From NCBI GenBank assembly GCA_038216155.1, contig JBBQQH010000002.1:108-64107 (forward strand): 64,000 bases of DNA, written 5' to 3'. Source of the stretch: Lysobacterales bacterium. GTDB taxonomy: Bacteria > Pseudomonadota > Gammaproteobacteria > Xanthomonadales > Xanthomonadaceae. The stretch's first letter is position 1. Each line of letters begins with the position of its first letter. The position numbers and the translations under genes were made by a program. Shown in pieces: positions 28,559 to 38,729 of this stretch. The notes beneath the pieces are model-generated. The model did no database searches and had not been told where the DNA came from. It saw only the letters and a program-made list of their open reading frames with translations.

Positions 28559-30303
28559 AGATCGGTGCCGATATTCAGATGCAGCCGGATCGGCGATTTC
28601 GGATCGTTCAAACCGTGTGCGAGGTCGATCCGCACCGGCCCCACCGGCGAGCGCCAGCGCACGCCGAAACCAACGCCGACGTGCGTAACGGGCCGATCAT
28701 TGAATGCGTCGCCCGCATCCACGAACACCGCACCGCCCCACGTCTGTGTGAAGCGATGCTCGAACTCGGCGCTGACCACCGCAAGATTGCGCCCACCGAC
28801 CACACGACCGAGCACGCGCGGGCCGACTTCCTGATACCCATAACCACGAATGCTGTTGTCGCCACCGGCGAAGAAACGCAGCGACGGCGGCAACTGGTCG
28901 AAGTCCTTGGTAAAGCTGCGACCGATTTCGCCGCGCAATAGCACGCGATTCAAATGTCCGAGACTGAAGACGAAACTTCCCTTCAATCGCACTTGCGCAA
29001 AATCGACATCCGAACCAATCGACGTGGTGCCGCCGCGCAATTCGGTTGACAAACCCCAGCCGCGTGTCGGATACAACTTGTCATCGCCGTTGGACACGCT
29101 GGCGCTGAGTGAGGGAAACACCAGCGTCGCATAACGGTTGAGCTGCGGGATCATGAAATCCTCGTAGCGCTCGCGCTGGTAATGCAGTCCGGCCAGCACG
29201 TTCCAGCCATGCACGCGACCATCGCGTTCGCCGACCACTTCCAACAACTGCTGGTTGATTGCATCGGTCTGCTCGTCGCGCAGGCCGGTGCGCAGCGTGT
29301 AGAAGCCGTTTAACCAGTCGAACGCGGGAACGCGGTATCGCGCGCCGATGATCTTGCGGCGCTGCGCGATTTCCAGTTGCGCATCGGCCTTGTGACCGCG
29401 CTTGTTGAGCCAGCGCCGGTTGAAACCGAGCTGCACGCCGGCGCCGCTGTCGGTGCCATAACTCAGGCCCGCGCTATAGACATTGCGCTTGCCCGGCGTG
29501 GTGCTGATCTCGATCGGTACCTTGCCGTCTTTTTTTTCATCGAGCTTCGGACTGACGTCGATCACGCTGAAATAATCGAGATCGGCCAGCGACTGCTGCA
29601 AGTCGAACAACTTCTGCTGGTTGTAAAAATCATCGTCCTTCCACGGCACCAGCTTGTCGAACAGGCCGGGCTTGAACTGATTCGGACCGAAGCGCGTCTC
29701 GCCGATGCGATAGCGCACGCCGCTGTCCCAGCGCACGTTCATATCCGCCGCGTGTTCGGCGCGAGTGACCTCGACCTTGTGTTCGGCGATATTGGCATCG
29801 AAATAGCCGCGCTGGCCCAGCCGCTGATTGACGTTGTTCTTGTTGGCTTCGTATAGCCTGTGATCGAGCACCGCGCCCTTGCCCGGCACGAAACCCTGCA
29901 CCGCTTCACTCACCACCGCATCGTCTTGCGCCTGGCCGTCCATCACAACCTGTTGCTCGCGCACGCGCACCGGTTCGCCCAAGGTCACATCGAACACCAC
30001 CGTCACCGCATCGCCGCTGCGCTGTGTGTCAGCTTTCACCTGGGTGTCGTAATAGCCATACGGCTCAAGCGCGGTGCGGATTTCCTCCGGCGCCTTGCGC
30101 AACAAGAAGGACAGTCGTTCCTCGCTGAGCTGCGCGCGCAACGTCGAATCGAGCCGCTGCAACGAAATCGACTGCTCGGCGTTGTGCAACTGATCTGGAT
30201 CGGCAATGCCGCGCACCTGCACATTGACCAACTGCACCGCCGCCGCGGGCGTGATGGCGATCAGGCTGGCTGCGAGGGCGAACAAACGAAACAAAGGCGG
30301 CAT
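28555..30303 (-). CDS. tamA: translocation and assembly module outer-membrane subunit TamA (Omp85/BamA family)
   Basis: It has a signal peptide from the ATG at 30303 (MPPLFRLFALAASLIAITPAAA), POTRA-like N-terminal repeats, and an Omp85 barrel C-terminus. It lies immediately upstream of tamB. Confidence 0.85.
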   Translation of the reverse strand: MPPLFRLFALAASLIAITPAAAVQLVNVQVRGIADPDQLHNAEQSISLQRLDSTLRAQLSEERLSFLLRKAPEEIRTALEPYGYYDTQVKADTQRSGDAVTVVFDVTLGEPVRVREQQVVMDGQAQDDAVVSEAVQGFVPGKGAVLDHRLYEANKNNVNQRLGQRGYFDANIAEHKVEVTRAEHAADMNVRWDSGVRYRIGETRFGPNQFKPGLFDKLVPWKDDDFYNQQKLFDLQQSLADLDYFSVIDVSPKLDEKKDGKVPIEISTTPGKRNVYSAGLSYGTDSGAGVQLGFNRRWLNKRGHKADAQLEIAQRRKIIGARYRVPAFDWLNGFYTLRTGLRDEQTDAINQQLLEVVGERDGRVHGWNVLAGLHYQRERYEDFMIPQLNRYATLVFPSLSASVSNGDDKLYPTRGWGLSTELRGGTTSIGSDVDFAQVRLKGSFVFSLGHLNRVLLRGEIGRSFTKDFDQLPPSLRFFAGGDNSIRGYGYQEVGPRVLGRVVGGRNLAVVSAEFEHRFTQTWGGAVFVDAGDAFNDRPVTHVGVGFGVRWRSPVGPVRIDLAHGLNDPKSPIRLHLNIGTDL

Positions 30304-30403
30304 CGGCACAAGCTTACCCGCCGCACGCGCATTGGGTGTGAGCCGGTGCTTAACCGGAGGGCAGCAAATCGCGGAGTCAGGGTGCAGCGTTGCCGCCACA
30401 GGC

Positions 30404-32674
30404 CTACGACAGCAACGAGATTTCCGCGACCGTGGCGAAGCGGTCGGCCAGCTGCTTGAGCAAGGCCAGCCGGTTGCGGCGCACCGCCGCGTCCTCCGCC
30501 ATCACCATTACGCCATCGAAGAACGCATCCACCGGCGCACGCAACGCGGCGAGCCGGCGCAGGGTGCCGACATAGTCCTTTTGCGCCAGCAACGGATCGG
30601 TCTCTGTTATCGCCTGTTCGACCGCATCGTGCAGAGCGCGCTCGGCATCGTTATCGAACAGTGCCGGATCGACGGCATCCGAAATCGTTTCGGCCTCGGC
30701 GGATTTCTTCAGGATGTTGCGGATGCGCTTGTTCGCCGCAGCCAGCGCTGGCGCCTCGGGCAACTGCGCGAATTCGCCGATGGCTTTGAGACGTTGGTCG
30801 AGATCAAACAACGAACCACGCGTGCTTTCGGAACGCGCAAGCCCCTCTCCCCGTTCGTGGTGAGGAGCCGTCGAGCCTGTCGAGACGGCGTCTCGAACCA
30901 CATCACCACGAAAACTCGCAGCAGCCGCATCGAAATGCGCGGATGGCATAGCTTGTTCATCGTAATAATGGCGCAGGCGATCGAGAATAAAATCTAAAAG
31001 CTCAACCACGTTTTGCGATGGATATATCGTATTGGTATTTGTCGTTTGATAGCCGTCAACACTGACACCTTGCTGTTCCGCATGACTCGCTGTATTGGAA
31101 AGCTTTTGAACGGCCTCCCACCGAAGTGCACGCGATGCGCTGGCTTCGGCCTCCACGAGTAGCTTGCGTAAATCAAGGTCGATTCCGGCTTCGATGATCG
31201 TCCTTGCCAGCCCTAAGGCCGCGCGTCGCAATGCAAACGGATCCTTGCTGCCAGTGGGCTTCAGCCCAGCCGCGAAGCCACCCGCCAACGTGTCCAGCCG
31301 CTCCGCAATCGCCAGAACTTGCCCGAGTTTCGATGGCGCAATCGCATCGCCGCCAAAGCGCGGCATATACGCTTGGTCGATCGCGTCGGCGACATCGCCG
31401 GTTTCGCCGGCTGCACTCGCGTAGTAGCGACCGGCGATACCCTGCAATTCCGGGAATTCGTTGACCAGGCGCGATTGCAGGTCGGCTTTCGACAGTTCCG
31501 CCGCGCGCCGTGCGTGCTGAAGATCAACGCCAACTTCTGTCGCAATCGCTTCGGCCAGCGCCATCACCCGCGCGGTCTTGTCGGCGTAACTACCCAGCTT
31601 CTGCTGATAGGTGACCGAAGCAAGGCCTGCACGCATTGCGTCGAGTCCTTGCTTGAGGTCTTCGTCAAAGAAGAACTGCGCATCGGCGAAACGCGGTCGG
31701 ATCACGCGCTCGTAGCCTTTGCGGATTTGATCCTCGTCGGTCGACGCGATGTTGGCGATGCCGATAAAACGTTCGGTGAGGCGATGTTCGTGGTTGAGCA
31801 ACGGGAAGAATTTCTGGTTCGCTTCCATCGTCGAGATCAACGCCTCATGCGGCACGCGCAAAAAGGCCGGCTCGAAGCCGCCGAGGATCGCCTTCGGCCA
31901 TTCGACCAGGCAGTTCACTTCCTCGAGCAATGCGTCGGGAATGCGCGCGACGCCATCGGCGCGCTCGGCAGCCGCTTCGATTTCCGCACGCAAGCGCTTA
32001 CGACGCTCGTCCGGATCGACCAGCACCTGCGCGCTGCGCAAGGCATCGACATAGTCTTCGGGCCTGCCGATCCAGACCGCTTTCGGATGATGAAAACGAT
32101 GGCCGCGGCTCATGCGATCTGAGCGGATACCGAACAGTTCAGCATCGACAACCTGATCGCCAAGCAACATCACCAGCCAATGCACCGGCCGCGCGAATGC
32201 GAAATCGTGATCGCCCCAGCGCATCGGCTTGGGGATCGGCATCGCCTTGATCGCATCGGCAAGGATCGACGGCAACAACGATGCGGTGCTCGCGCCCGGC
32301 TTCACGCTGCATGCGACGAAGCGCTCGCCCTTGGCGTCGGTAATGCGTTCGAGCTGCGAAACATAGAGGCTGTTCTTCTGCGCGAAACCCTTCAGCGCCG
32401 GCGTCGGTTCGCCATTGGCATCGATTGCGATGTTGGCGTAAGGGCCGAGTGCTTCAAAGCGTTGCTCGGGTTGTTCGATCGCGACCAGCGGCAGCAACAC
32501 GGCGAGGCGTCGTGGCGTGTACAGCGGTTTCGCTGCGCCGCGCTCGAAGGCAATACCGCGCTTTTCCAGACCGGCGATGATCCCGTTGAAAAAAGCTTGT
32601 GCAAGCTCGGGTAATGCCTTGACCGGCAGCTCTTCGGTGCCGACTTCGATCAGCAACGATGTCGACTCAGCCAT
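30404..32674 (-). CDS. glyS: glycine--tRNA ligase beta subunit (with two in-frame insertions)
   Basis: The N-terminus [11 protein letters not shown], the block [11 protein letters not shown], and the C-terminal [24 protein letters not shown]...ISLL all parallel E. coli GlyS. The ATG at 32674 overlaps the glyQ stop. It is about 60 aa longer than E. coli GlyS because of the segments at 30853-30905 and about 30990-31120. Confidence 0.92.
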   Translation of the reverse strand: MAESTSLLIEVGTEELPVKALPELAQAFFNGIIAGLEKRGIAFERGAAKPLYTPRRLAVLLPLVAIEQPEQRFEALGPYANIAIDANGEPTPALKGFAQKNSLYVSQLERITDAKGERFVACSVKPGASTASLLPSILADAIKAMPIPKPMRWGDHDFAFARPVHWLVMLLGDQVVDAELFGIRSDRMSRGHRFHHPKAVWIGRPEDYVDALRSAQVLVDPDERRKRLRAEIEAAAERADGVARIPDALLEEVNCLVEWPKAILGGFEPAFLRVPHEALISTMEANQKFFPLLNHEHRLTERFIGIANIASTDEDQIRKGYERVIRPRFADAQFFFDEDLKQGLDAMRAGLASVTYQQKLGSYADKTARVMALAEAIATEVGVDLQHARRAAELSKADLQSRLVNEFPELQGIAGRYYASAAGETGDVADAIDQAYMPRFGGDAIAPSKLGQVLAIAERLDTLAGGFAAGLKPTGSKDPFALRRAALGLARTIIEAGIDLDLRKLLVEAEASASRALRWEAVQKLSNTASHAEQQGVSVDGYQTTNTNTIYPSQNVVELLDFILDRLRHYYDEQAMPSAHFDAAAASFRGDVVRDAVSTGSTAPHHERGEGLARSESTRGSLFDLDQRLKAIGEFAQLPEAPALAAANKRIRNILKKSAEAETISDAVDPALFDNDAERALHDAVEQAITETDPLLAQKDYVGTLRRLAALRAPVDAFFDGVMVMAEDAAVRRNRLALLKQLADRFATVAEISLLS
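30853..30905. repeat. REP-like element embedded in frame inside glyS
   Basis: cgttcgtggtgag-[gagccgtcgagcctgtcgagacggcgtc]-tcgaaccaca shares both half-sites with the intergenic repeats at 6238-6262 and 6443-6467. It is translated within GlyS as ...[18 protein letters not shown].... Confidence 0.55.
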
Positions 32675-33584
32675 GCGCGATCTCCTGCCGTGCACGCAGT
32701 TGCTCGCGTTTGGCGACGTACGCTTCGGCGCAGGCCTTGGATAGCGTGCGCACGCGCAGGATGAATCGCTGGCGTTCGGTCACGCTGATCGCGCGGCGAG
32801 CATCCAGCAGATTGAAACAATGGCTGGCCTTGCACACCTGCTCGTAAGCCGGCAGCGGCAGGCCGAGCTCGACCAGCTTCAGCGCCTCTTTCTCGCACGC
32901 GTCGAAACGGTGGAACAGTTCTGCCACATCGGCGTGTTCGAAATTGTATGTGCTCTGCTCGACTTCATTTTGGTGATAGACATCGCGATAGGTCACCGGT
33001 CCTTGCGGACCGTGTGTCCAGACGATGTCAAACACGTCATCGACGTTCTGCAGGTACATGCACAGGCGTTCGAGTCCGTAGGTGATCTCGCCCAGCACCC
33101 GCTTGCATTCGATCCCGCCGGCTTGCTGAAAATAGGTGAACTGGGTGACCTCCATCCCGTTCAACCACACTTCCCAACCCAGGCCCCACGCGCCGAGCGT
33201 CGGTGATTCCCAGTTGTCCTCGACCAGCCGCAGATCGTGCACCAATGGATCGATGCCGAGCTCGCGCAGCGAATTGAAGTAGCGCTCGACAATATCGTCC
33301 GGGCTCGGCTTCATCACCACTTGATACTGGTAGTAACGCTGCAGGCGATTGGGGTTCTCGCCGTAACGGCCATCGGTCGGACGCCGGCACGGCTGCACGA
33401 ATGCCGCATTCCATGGCTCGGGGCCAAGCGCGCGCAAAAAGGTCGCCGGATGAAACGTGCCCGCGCCCACCTCCATATCCAGCGGCTGGATCAGCACGCA
33501 ACCCTGCCGCGCCCAGTAGGCGTTGAGGGCCTGGATCAGCTCCTGAAAGGTCGGAGCGTTTTGGGTCGCGGGGGTTTGCGGCAC
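32667..33584 (-). CDS. glyQ: glycine--tRNA ligase alpha subunit
   Basis: [35 protein letters not shown] parallels the E. coli GlyQ N-terminus. There is no in-frame ATG near it, so I use the GTG at 33584, giving 306 aa (E. coli is about 303 aa). The exact start is uncertain. Confidence 0.88.
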   Translation of the reverse strand: MPQTPATQNAPTFQELIQALNAYWARQGCVLIQPLDMEVGAGTFHPATFLRALGPEPWNAAFVQPCRRPTDGRYGENPNRLQRYYQYQVVMKPSPDDIVERYFNSLRELGIDPLVHDLRLVEDNWESPTLGAWGLGWEVWLNGMEVTQFTYFQQAGGIECKRVLGEITYGLERLCMYLQNVDDVFDIVWTHGPQGPVTYRDVYHQNEVEQSTYNFEHADVAELFHRFDACEKEALKLVELGLPLPAYEQVCKASHCFNLLDARRAISVTERQRFILRVRTLSKACAEAYVAKREQLRARQEIAHG

Positions 33585-33639
33585 GGTGACGATGGCGGTC
33601 AGGCTAGGCGCGCTAGTATAGCGGGCGGCTTCGCAGCGA

Positions 33640-35502
33640 TTGGTTTGCGGCGCCGTTTTGCGTTGTCCTATCCTGCCTTTGCGTGGTGCACCAAACTTGC
33701 AATCGCTTGTCTCCAATCAGTCATTGCCGCCGACCTCGCGCCTGACGCCTGGACGTTTGTCGTTCGCCAGCGTGTTGGCGGCGTTGGTGGAGGACGGGCT
33801 GATCGTGGCTGCCGATGTTGCCCGCGCGCAACTCTCGATGCGCGATGCACGCAACATTGGCGCGGTGCATCCGCTGGTGCTGCTGGCCAACCTCAAACTC
33901 GCGGCCACCCAGCCGCTAGGCACCGAATTGAGTCTCGAGCGCCTCACTGAATGGCTGGCGCGCGAAACCGGACTCGATTATTTGCGCATCGATCCAACCC
34001 GGGTCGATGTGGCCGCAGTCACCGGCGTGGTCTCGCACGCGTACGCGCAACGACACCGGATTTTGCCGATCGCGGTTGAACCCGATCGCGTGTTGATCGC
34101 CACCAGCGAGCCGACCGACTGTGCCTGGGTCGAGGACATCAAGCCGCTGATCCAGCGCAAGATTGACCTCGTGGTGGTCAACCCGCTGGATTTGCATCGC
34201 TACACGATGGAGTTTTTTGGCGTTACCCGGTCGGTGCGCGGCGCCAAGGATGGTCGCGAGCAATCGGCCGGTCTGCCGAGTTTCGAGCAACTGGTGGAAC
34301 TCGGGCGCACCGGCGAAGTCGGCGCCGACGATCACCACATCGTGCACATCGTCGACTGGATTTTGCAGTACGCCTACGAGCAACGCGCGTCCGACATCCA
34401 CCTGGAGCCGCGCCGCGAGATCAGCCGCGTGCGTTTTCGCATCGATGGCGTACTGCACAAGGTGTTCGAGTTGCCGACGCCGGTGATGATCGCGGCGGTT
34501 AGCCGGATCAAGGTGCTGGGCCGGATGGATCTGGCCGAACGCCGGCGCCCGCAAGATGGTCGCATCAAGACCCGCTCGCCGGGCGGGCGCGAAGTCGAGA
34601 TGCGGCTGTCCAGCATGCCGACCGCATTCGGCGAGAAATGCGTGATGCGCATTTTCGATCCGGATACCGCGCTGAAACCCTTCGACCAACTCGGATTCAA
34701 CGAGATTGAATCGAGTGGCTGGAACGATCTGGTGCAGCGTCCGCACGGCATCGTGTTGGTGACCGGGCCGACCGGATCGGGCAAGACCACCACGCTGTAT
34801 TCCACGCTCAAGCAGCTCGCGAGTCCTGAGGTCAACGTCTGCACGGTGGAAGACCCGATCGAAATGATCGCGCCCGAGTTCAACCAGATGCAGGTGCACT
34901 CCGCGATCGGGCTGGACTTCGCCAGCGGTGTGCGCACGTTGCTGCGGCAAGATCCGGACATCATCATGATCGGCGAGATTCGCGATCTGGAAACCGCGCA
35001 GATGGCGGTGCAGGCCGCACTCACCGGCCATCTGGTGCTGTCCACGCTGCACACCAACGATGCCGCATCAGCAATCACGCGCCTGCTCGACCTCGGCATC
35101 CCGCATTACCTGCTGGCGTCGACCCTCAACGGCGTGCTGGCGCAGCGGTTGGTGCGCACGCTGTGCCCGCATTGCAAGCAGCCGCAGCCGGTGCCGCGTG
35201 AGGCGTGGCGCGCGCTGCTGCAACGCGATCAGGCGCCGCCGGTAATCGACAATGCGCATGTCGCAGTCGGATGCCTGGAATGCCGGCGCACCGGATTTCT
35301 CGGCCGCGTCGGTTTGTACGAACTATTGCCGATCTCGCCGGCACTACGCCGGCTGATCAAGCCCGAAATGGTGTTGTCCGAATTCACCCGCGCCGCGGTC
35401 GACGAAGGCATGCGGCCGTTGCGTATGGCCGGCGCCGACAAGGTGGCCGAGGGCGTGACCACCATCGAGGAAATCCTTTCCACCTTGCCTCCGCACGAAT
35501 GA
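33640..35502 (+). CDS. GspE/PilB-family secretion ATPase (orphan)
   Basis: It has a T2SSE N-terminal domain, Walker [10 protein letters not shown], Walker B/Asp box [12 protein letters not shown], His box [12 protein letters not shown], and a C-terminal tetracysteine CPHC...CLEC. The start is uncertain. No GspF/PilC, pilin or secretin gene is nearby. Confidence 0.85.
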   Translation: MVCGAVLRCPILPLRGAPNLQSLVSNQSLPPTSRLTPGRLSFASVLAALVEDGLIVAADVARAQLSMRDARNIGAVHPLVLLANLKLAATQPLGTELSLERLTEWLARETGLDYLRIDPTRVDVAAVTGVVSHAYAQRHRILPIAVEPDRVLIATSEPTDCAWVEDIKPLIQRKIDLVVVNPLDLHRYTMEFFGVTRSVRGAKDGREQSAGLPSFEQLVELGRTGEVGADDHHIVHIVDWILQYAYEQRASDIHLEPRREISRVRFRIDGVLHKVFELPTPVMIAAVSRIKVLGRMDLAERRRPQDGRIKTRSPGGREVEMRLSSMPTAFGEKCVMRIFDPDTALKPFDQLGFNEIESSGWNDLVQRPHGIVLVTGPTGSGKTTTLYSTLKQLASPEVNVCTVEDPIEMIAPEFNQMQVHSAIGLDFASGVRTLLRQDPDIIMIGEIRDLETAQMAVQAALTGHLVLSTLHTNDAASAITRLLDLGIPHYLLASTLNGVLAQRLVRTLCPHCKQPQPVPREAWRALLQRDQAPPVIDNAHVAVGCLECRRTGFLGRVGLYELLPISPALRRLIKPEMVLSEFTRAAVDEGMRPLRMAGADKVAEGVTTIEEILSTLPPHE

Positions 35503-36236
35503 CTACTCTTCCCTTTTTGATCATTGAAACCGGACAACCGACGCCGTCGCTGCGCAAGCTCGGTACCTTCGCGCACTGGATTCGGGTGTCCGCCGGATTG
35601 AGTCGCGAGCAAGCACTGGCCTATCGCGTGATGGACGGCGATGCACTGCCGCGTCGCGATGGCTTTGCCGGCGCGATCGTCACTGGCTCCGGCGCGATGG
35701 TGACCGAGCGCCTGGACTGGAGCGAACGCACCGCGCAATGGTTGAACGATGCAGCCAATGCAGGTTTTCCATTGTTCGGCATTTGCTACGGACACCAGTT
35801 GATCGCGCACGCCCTTGGCGGCCGCGTCGACTTCAACCCGCGCGGACGCGAGATGGGAACGATGGCAATCGAGCGCGCAAGCAACGGCAAAGGCCCGGCG
35901 AGCGAAGATCCGTTATTCGGCGCGTATCCGTCGTCGTTCAAGGCACACGTCACCCATTTGCAAAGTGTGATTCGCCTGCCCGAAGGCGCGACGCGGCTTG
36001 CCCGCTCAGCGCTGGACGAACATCACGCGTATCGCATCGGCAATGCCTGGGGCGTGCAGTTCCACCCCGAGTTCAGCGCCGGAATGATGCGCGGTTACAT
36101 CCACGCCAAACGCGATGCCTTGACCACTGAAGGCTTGGACGCGCGCGCAATGCATACGGCGGTGCGCTCCACGCCGCATGCGCGCGGCGTGTTGCGCGGA
36201 TTCGTGCGACATGCACGCCGCTTGCGCGAGGCTTGA
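35499..36236 (+). CDS. class I glutamine amidotransferase-like protein
   Basis: The ATG at 35499 overlaps the ATPase stop (ATGA). It has the catalytic-Cys context FGICYGHQLIA and the His/Glu context QFHPEF. Confidence 0.8.
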   Translation: MTTLPFLIIETGQPTPSLRKLGTFAHWIRVSAGLSREQALAYRVMDGDALPRRDGFAGAIVTGSGAMVTERLDWSERTAQWLNDAANAGFPLFGICYGHQLIAHALGGRVDFNPRGREMGTMAIERASNGKGPASEDPLFGAYPSSFKAHVTHLQSVIRLPEGATRLARSALDEHHAYRIGNAWGVQFHPEFSAGMMRGYIHAKRDALTTEGLDARAMHTAVRSTPHARGVLRGFVRHARRLREA

Positions 36237-36238
36237 GC

Positions 36239-37096
36239 ATGGCCCTGTATCGCATCACTCCCGCCGCGCGCGGAATGCAATGGCTGAAGGCCGCAATCGG
36301 CATGGTCGACCGCAATCCGCGCGGCCTGCTGATGGTCTCGCTGGCATTCATCATCATCGGGCAATTGCCCAGCCTTTTCGGATCGTTGCAGCAGTTGGCG
36401 GAGCTGCTGATGTTCGTCGTGCTGATGATTGGGCCGGCGCTGGCGGGTGGTTTGATGCACGCGATCGCCGAGGCCGAGGCCGGGCGGCCGGTATCGTTGG
36501 GCCAGCTGTTTGAAGCGTTCCGCAGGCCAGGCAGGCTGCTGCCGATGCTGGTGCTCGGCATGCTGACGGTGCTCGCTTTGCTGTTGCTGGTTTTTGCTGC
36601 CGAAAAAGTGCTCGGCCCCGACAACATCGCGTTGCTGGTGAAGATCGGAAGCCAGCAGTTGCAGCCCGACGAGGCAACGATGGAGCAACTCGCGCAGCCG
36701 TTGTTGCGCTTCCTGATGCTGGCGACGGTGATTGCTTTCGTTCTTTTTACCGGATTGTTTTTCGCGGTACCGCGTGTGCTGTTCGATGGCCGACCGCCAC
36801 TCGCCGCATTCCTGGAGAGCTTCGCTGCGTGCGCGGCCAATGTGTTGCCTCTGACCGTGTACGGGTTGGCCTTTGTTGCGCTGATGTTTGTCGCCGTGCT
36901 CGTGTTTGCTGTGTTAAGCCTGTTGCTTGGCCTGCTCGGCAAGCTGGGCGCGGCGCTGGGTTTCGTACTTTATCTAGCTTGGCTGACACTAGTCGTGCTG
37001 GTTAGCACGTCAGGCAATTACCTTGCCTGGCGCGATGTATTCGGTCACACCCAAAGCGACCCCGCCGTGCCGCATCACACCGGTATCGAAGTCTGA
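36239..37096 (+). CDS. hypothetical multi-pass inner-membrane protein
   Basis: The ATG lies 2 nt after the amidotransferase stop. It has about 6 TM helices and no catalytic motif that I recognise. Confidence 0.65.
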   Translation: MALYRITPAARGMQWLKAAIGMVDRNPRGLLMVSLAFIIIGQLPSLFGSLQQLAELLMFVVLMIGPALAGGLMHAIAEAEAGRPVSLGQLFEAFRRPGRLLPMLVLGMLTVLALLLLVFAAEKVLGPDNIALLVKIGSQQLQPDEATMEQLAQPLLRFLMLATVIAFVLFTGLFFAVPRVLFDGRPPLAAFLESFAACAANVLPLTVYGLAFVALMFVAVLVFAVLSLLLGLLGKLGAALGFVLYLAWLTLVVLVSTSGNYLAWRDVFGHTQSDPAVPHHTGIEV

Positions 37097-37112
37097 GCTT
37101 CGCGCGCTGAGT

Positions 37113-37862
37113 TCAACCGGGCACAGCGCGCGGCTTCACCGCAATCCGCGCCGCGATCAACCCGAGCTCGTACAACAGCACCATCGGAATCGCCAGCATC
37201 AATTGCGAGATTACGTCCGGTGGCGTCAGGATCGCGGCGATCACGAATGCGCCCACAATCGCATACGGTCGCGCGCCGGTGAGTTGTTGCGGCGTAACCC
37301 AGCCAAGCAAGGCGAGGATCACCACCGCGACTGGCACTTCAAAACTCGCACCAAACGCGAGAAACATCACGCTGACGAAATCCAGGTAATGGCTGATGTC
37401 GGTCATCATGCTCACGCCTTCGGGCGTGACACCGGTGAGGAAGCCAAACACCGTTGGCAGCACCAGAAAATACGCAAACGCGCAGCCGGCGTAGAACAGC
37501 GTGCCTGCGGACACCAGCAGCGGCACTGCCATCCGCCGTTCGTTGCGATACAACCCGGGCGCGACGAACGCCCATAGCTGGTAGATCACGTACGGCATCG
37601 CCAACATCAACGCAGTGAGAAAGGTGAGTTTGACCGGCACCAGAAATGGCGACGAAACATCGATCGCAACGAGTTTGGCGCCGACCGGTAAGCGCGACAG
37701 CAGCGGCTGCGCGAGCCACGCATACAGTCGCTGCGAGAACGGCATCAGCGCGCCGAACACCAACATCACCACCAGCACCGATCGCAACAAGCGCGAACGC
37801 AGCTCGAGCAGGTGCGAGAACAGGCCTTGGCTGGCGTCGTGATCGGCGGCGGGTTCAGTCAT
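37113..37862 (-). CDS. tatC: twin-arginine translocase subunit TatC
   Basis: The ATG at 37862 gives MTEPAADHDASQGLFSHLLELRSRLL..., the canonical TatC start. It has 6 TM helices and overlaps the tatB stop by 8 nt. Confidence 0.92.
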   Translation of the reverse strand: MTEPAADHDASQGLFSHLLELRSRLLRSVLVVMLVFGALMPFSQRLYAWLAQPLLSRLPVGAKLVAIDVSSPFLVPVKLTFLTALMLAMPYVIYQLWAFVAPGLYRNERRMAVPLLVSAGTLFYAGCAFAYFLVLPTVFGFLTGVTPEGVSMMTDISHYLDFVSVMFLAFGASFEVPVAVVILALLGWVTPQQLTGARPYAIVGAFVIAAILTPPDVISQLMLAIPMVLLYELGLIAARIAVKPRAVPG

Positions 37863-38340
37863 CGAAGGCTTTGCCCGGCTCGCGCGATTCGAGCGCTGGC
37901 GTGTTGGCTGACCCGCGTGTCGCAGCGCTGCTTTCGACGTCGCGCAGTTCTGCATCAGGCATGTGCGCAAGGCGCGCCGGCATTTCCATCATGTCGCGCA
38001 ACGGGTCGGGCGCGTCGCCTGGATTGGACGCTTGCGCGGACTCGCCATTCGCGGGTTGCTGGGGCAGGGATCCCGCCGGCGGCACACGCGAAGGATCAAC
38101 CAACGCCTGCATTTCGCCCAGCCCGTCGCGCAATTGCGCATGGCTCTCTCGCAGGGTGCGGCGCAACTCCTCGTCGGCGATTTCGTTTTCGAGTTCGGCC
38201 TTGACCGAATTCCACTGCGAACGCGCCTTGCGCATCCACATCCCGGCCAGACGCGCGGCCTTGGGCAAGCGCTCGGGGCCGAGCACCAGCAGCGCGACCA
38301 AGCCGATCATCAGGATTTCGCCGAAGCCAATGTCAAACAC
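37855..38340 (-). CDS. tatB: twin-arginine translocase subunit TatB
   Basis: The GTG at 38340 gives (M)FDIGFGEILMIGLVALLVLGPERLPKAAR, which matches the TatB N-terminus. The C-terminal tail is acidic. Confidence 0.88.
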   Translation of the reverse strand: MFDIGFGEILMIGLVALLVLGPERLPKAARLAGMWMRKARSQWNSVKAELENEIADEELRRTLRESHAQLRDGLGEMQALVDPSRVPPAGSLPQQPANGESAQASNPGDAPDPLRDMMEMPARLAHMPDAELRDVESSAATRGSANTPALESREPGKAFDD

Positions 38341-38394
38341 GATTGTTTCGCCCGCGCAGTCGGCCACTCAGGGCATCAATCACCCATGCCCCTG

Positions 38395-38670
38395 TCACTG
38401 ATCCCGACGTTGCGCGTCAGGATCAGGGCGCTGAACCGCCTCGGGATCCGGGATCGTGGTCGTATGGATGGTTGGATCAACCGGCCGCAGCACCGGCGGC
38501 GGCAACGCCTCGGGCGGCGCGTCGGGCTTGTCCTCGTCGCGCATGCCTTTCTTGAACTCCTTGACCGCATTGCCGATGTCCTTGGCGCCGCCGGTCAGGC
38601 GCTTGGTGCCGAACACCACCAACACGATCACCAGCACGATCAACCAGTGCCAGATGCTGAAACTGCCCAT
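38395..38670 (-). CDS. tatA: twin-arginine translocase subunit TatA
   Basis: [25 protein letters not shown]...KEFKKG is the TatA/E signature. Confidence 0.92.
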   Translation of the reverse strand: MGSFSIWHWLIVLVIVLVVFGTKRLTGGAKDIGNAVKEFKKGMRDEDKPDAPPEALPPPVLRPVDPTIHTTTIPDPEAVQRPDPDAQRRDQ

Positions 38671-38729
38671 GACCTGCTCGCTAGTTAGGGAAACGTATCA
38701 AGGATAACGCAGCGCCCGCGAGGCGTGCG

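Noticed and set aside
33700-33850. MshEN-type c-di-GMP-binding motif in the N-terminus of the GspE-like ATPase
   Set aside because: [16 protein letters not shown] resembles only part of the RLGxxLLxxGLIxxxxLxxALxxQ motif. The conserved Arg and Gly positions and the spacing of the terminal Gln do not fit, so no claim is made.
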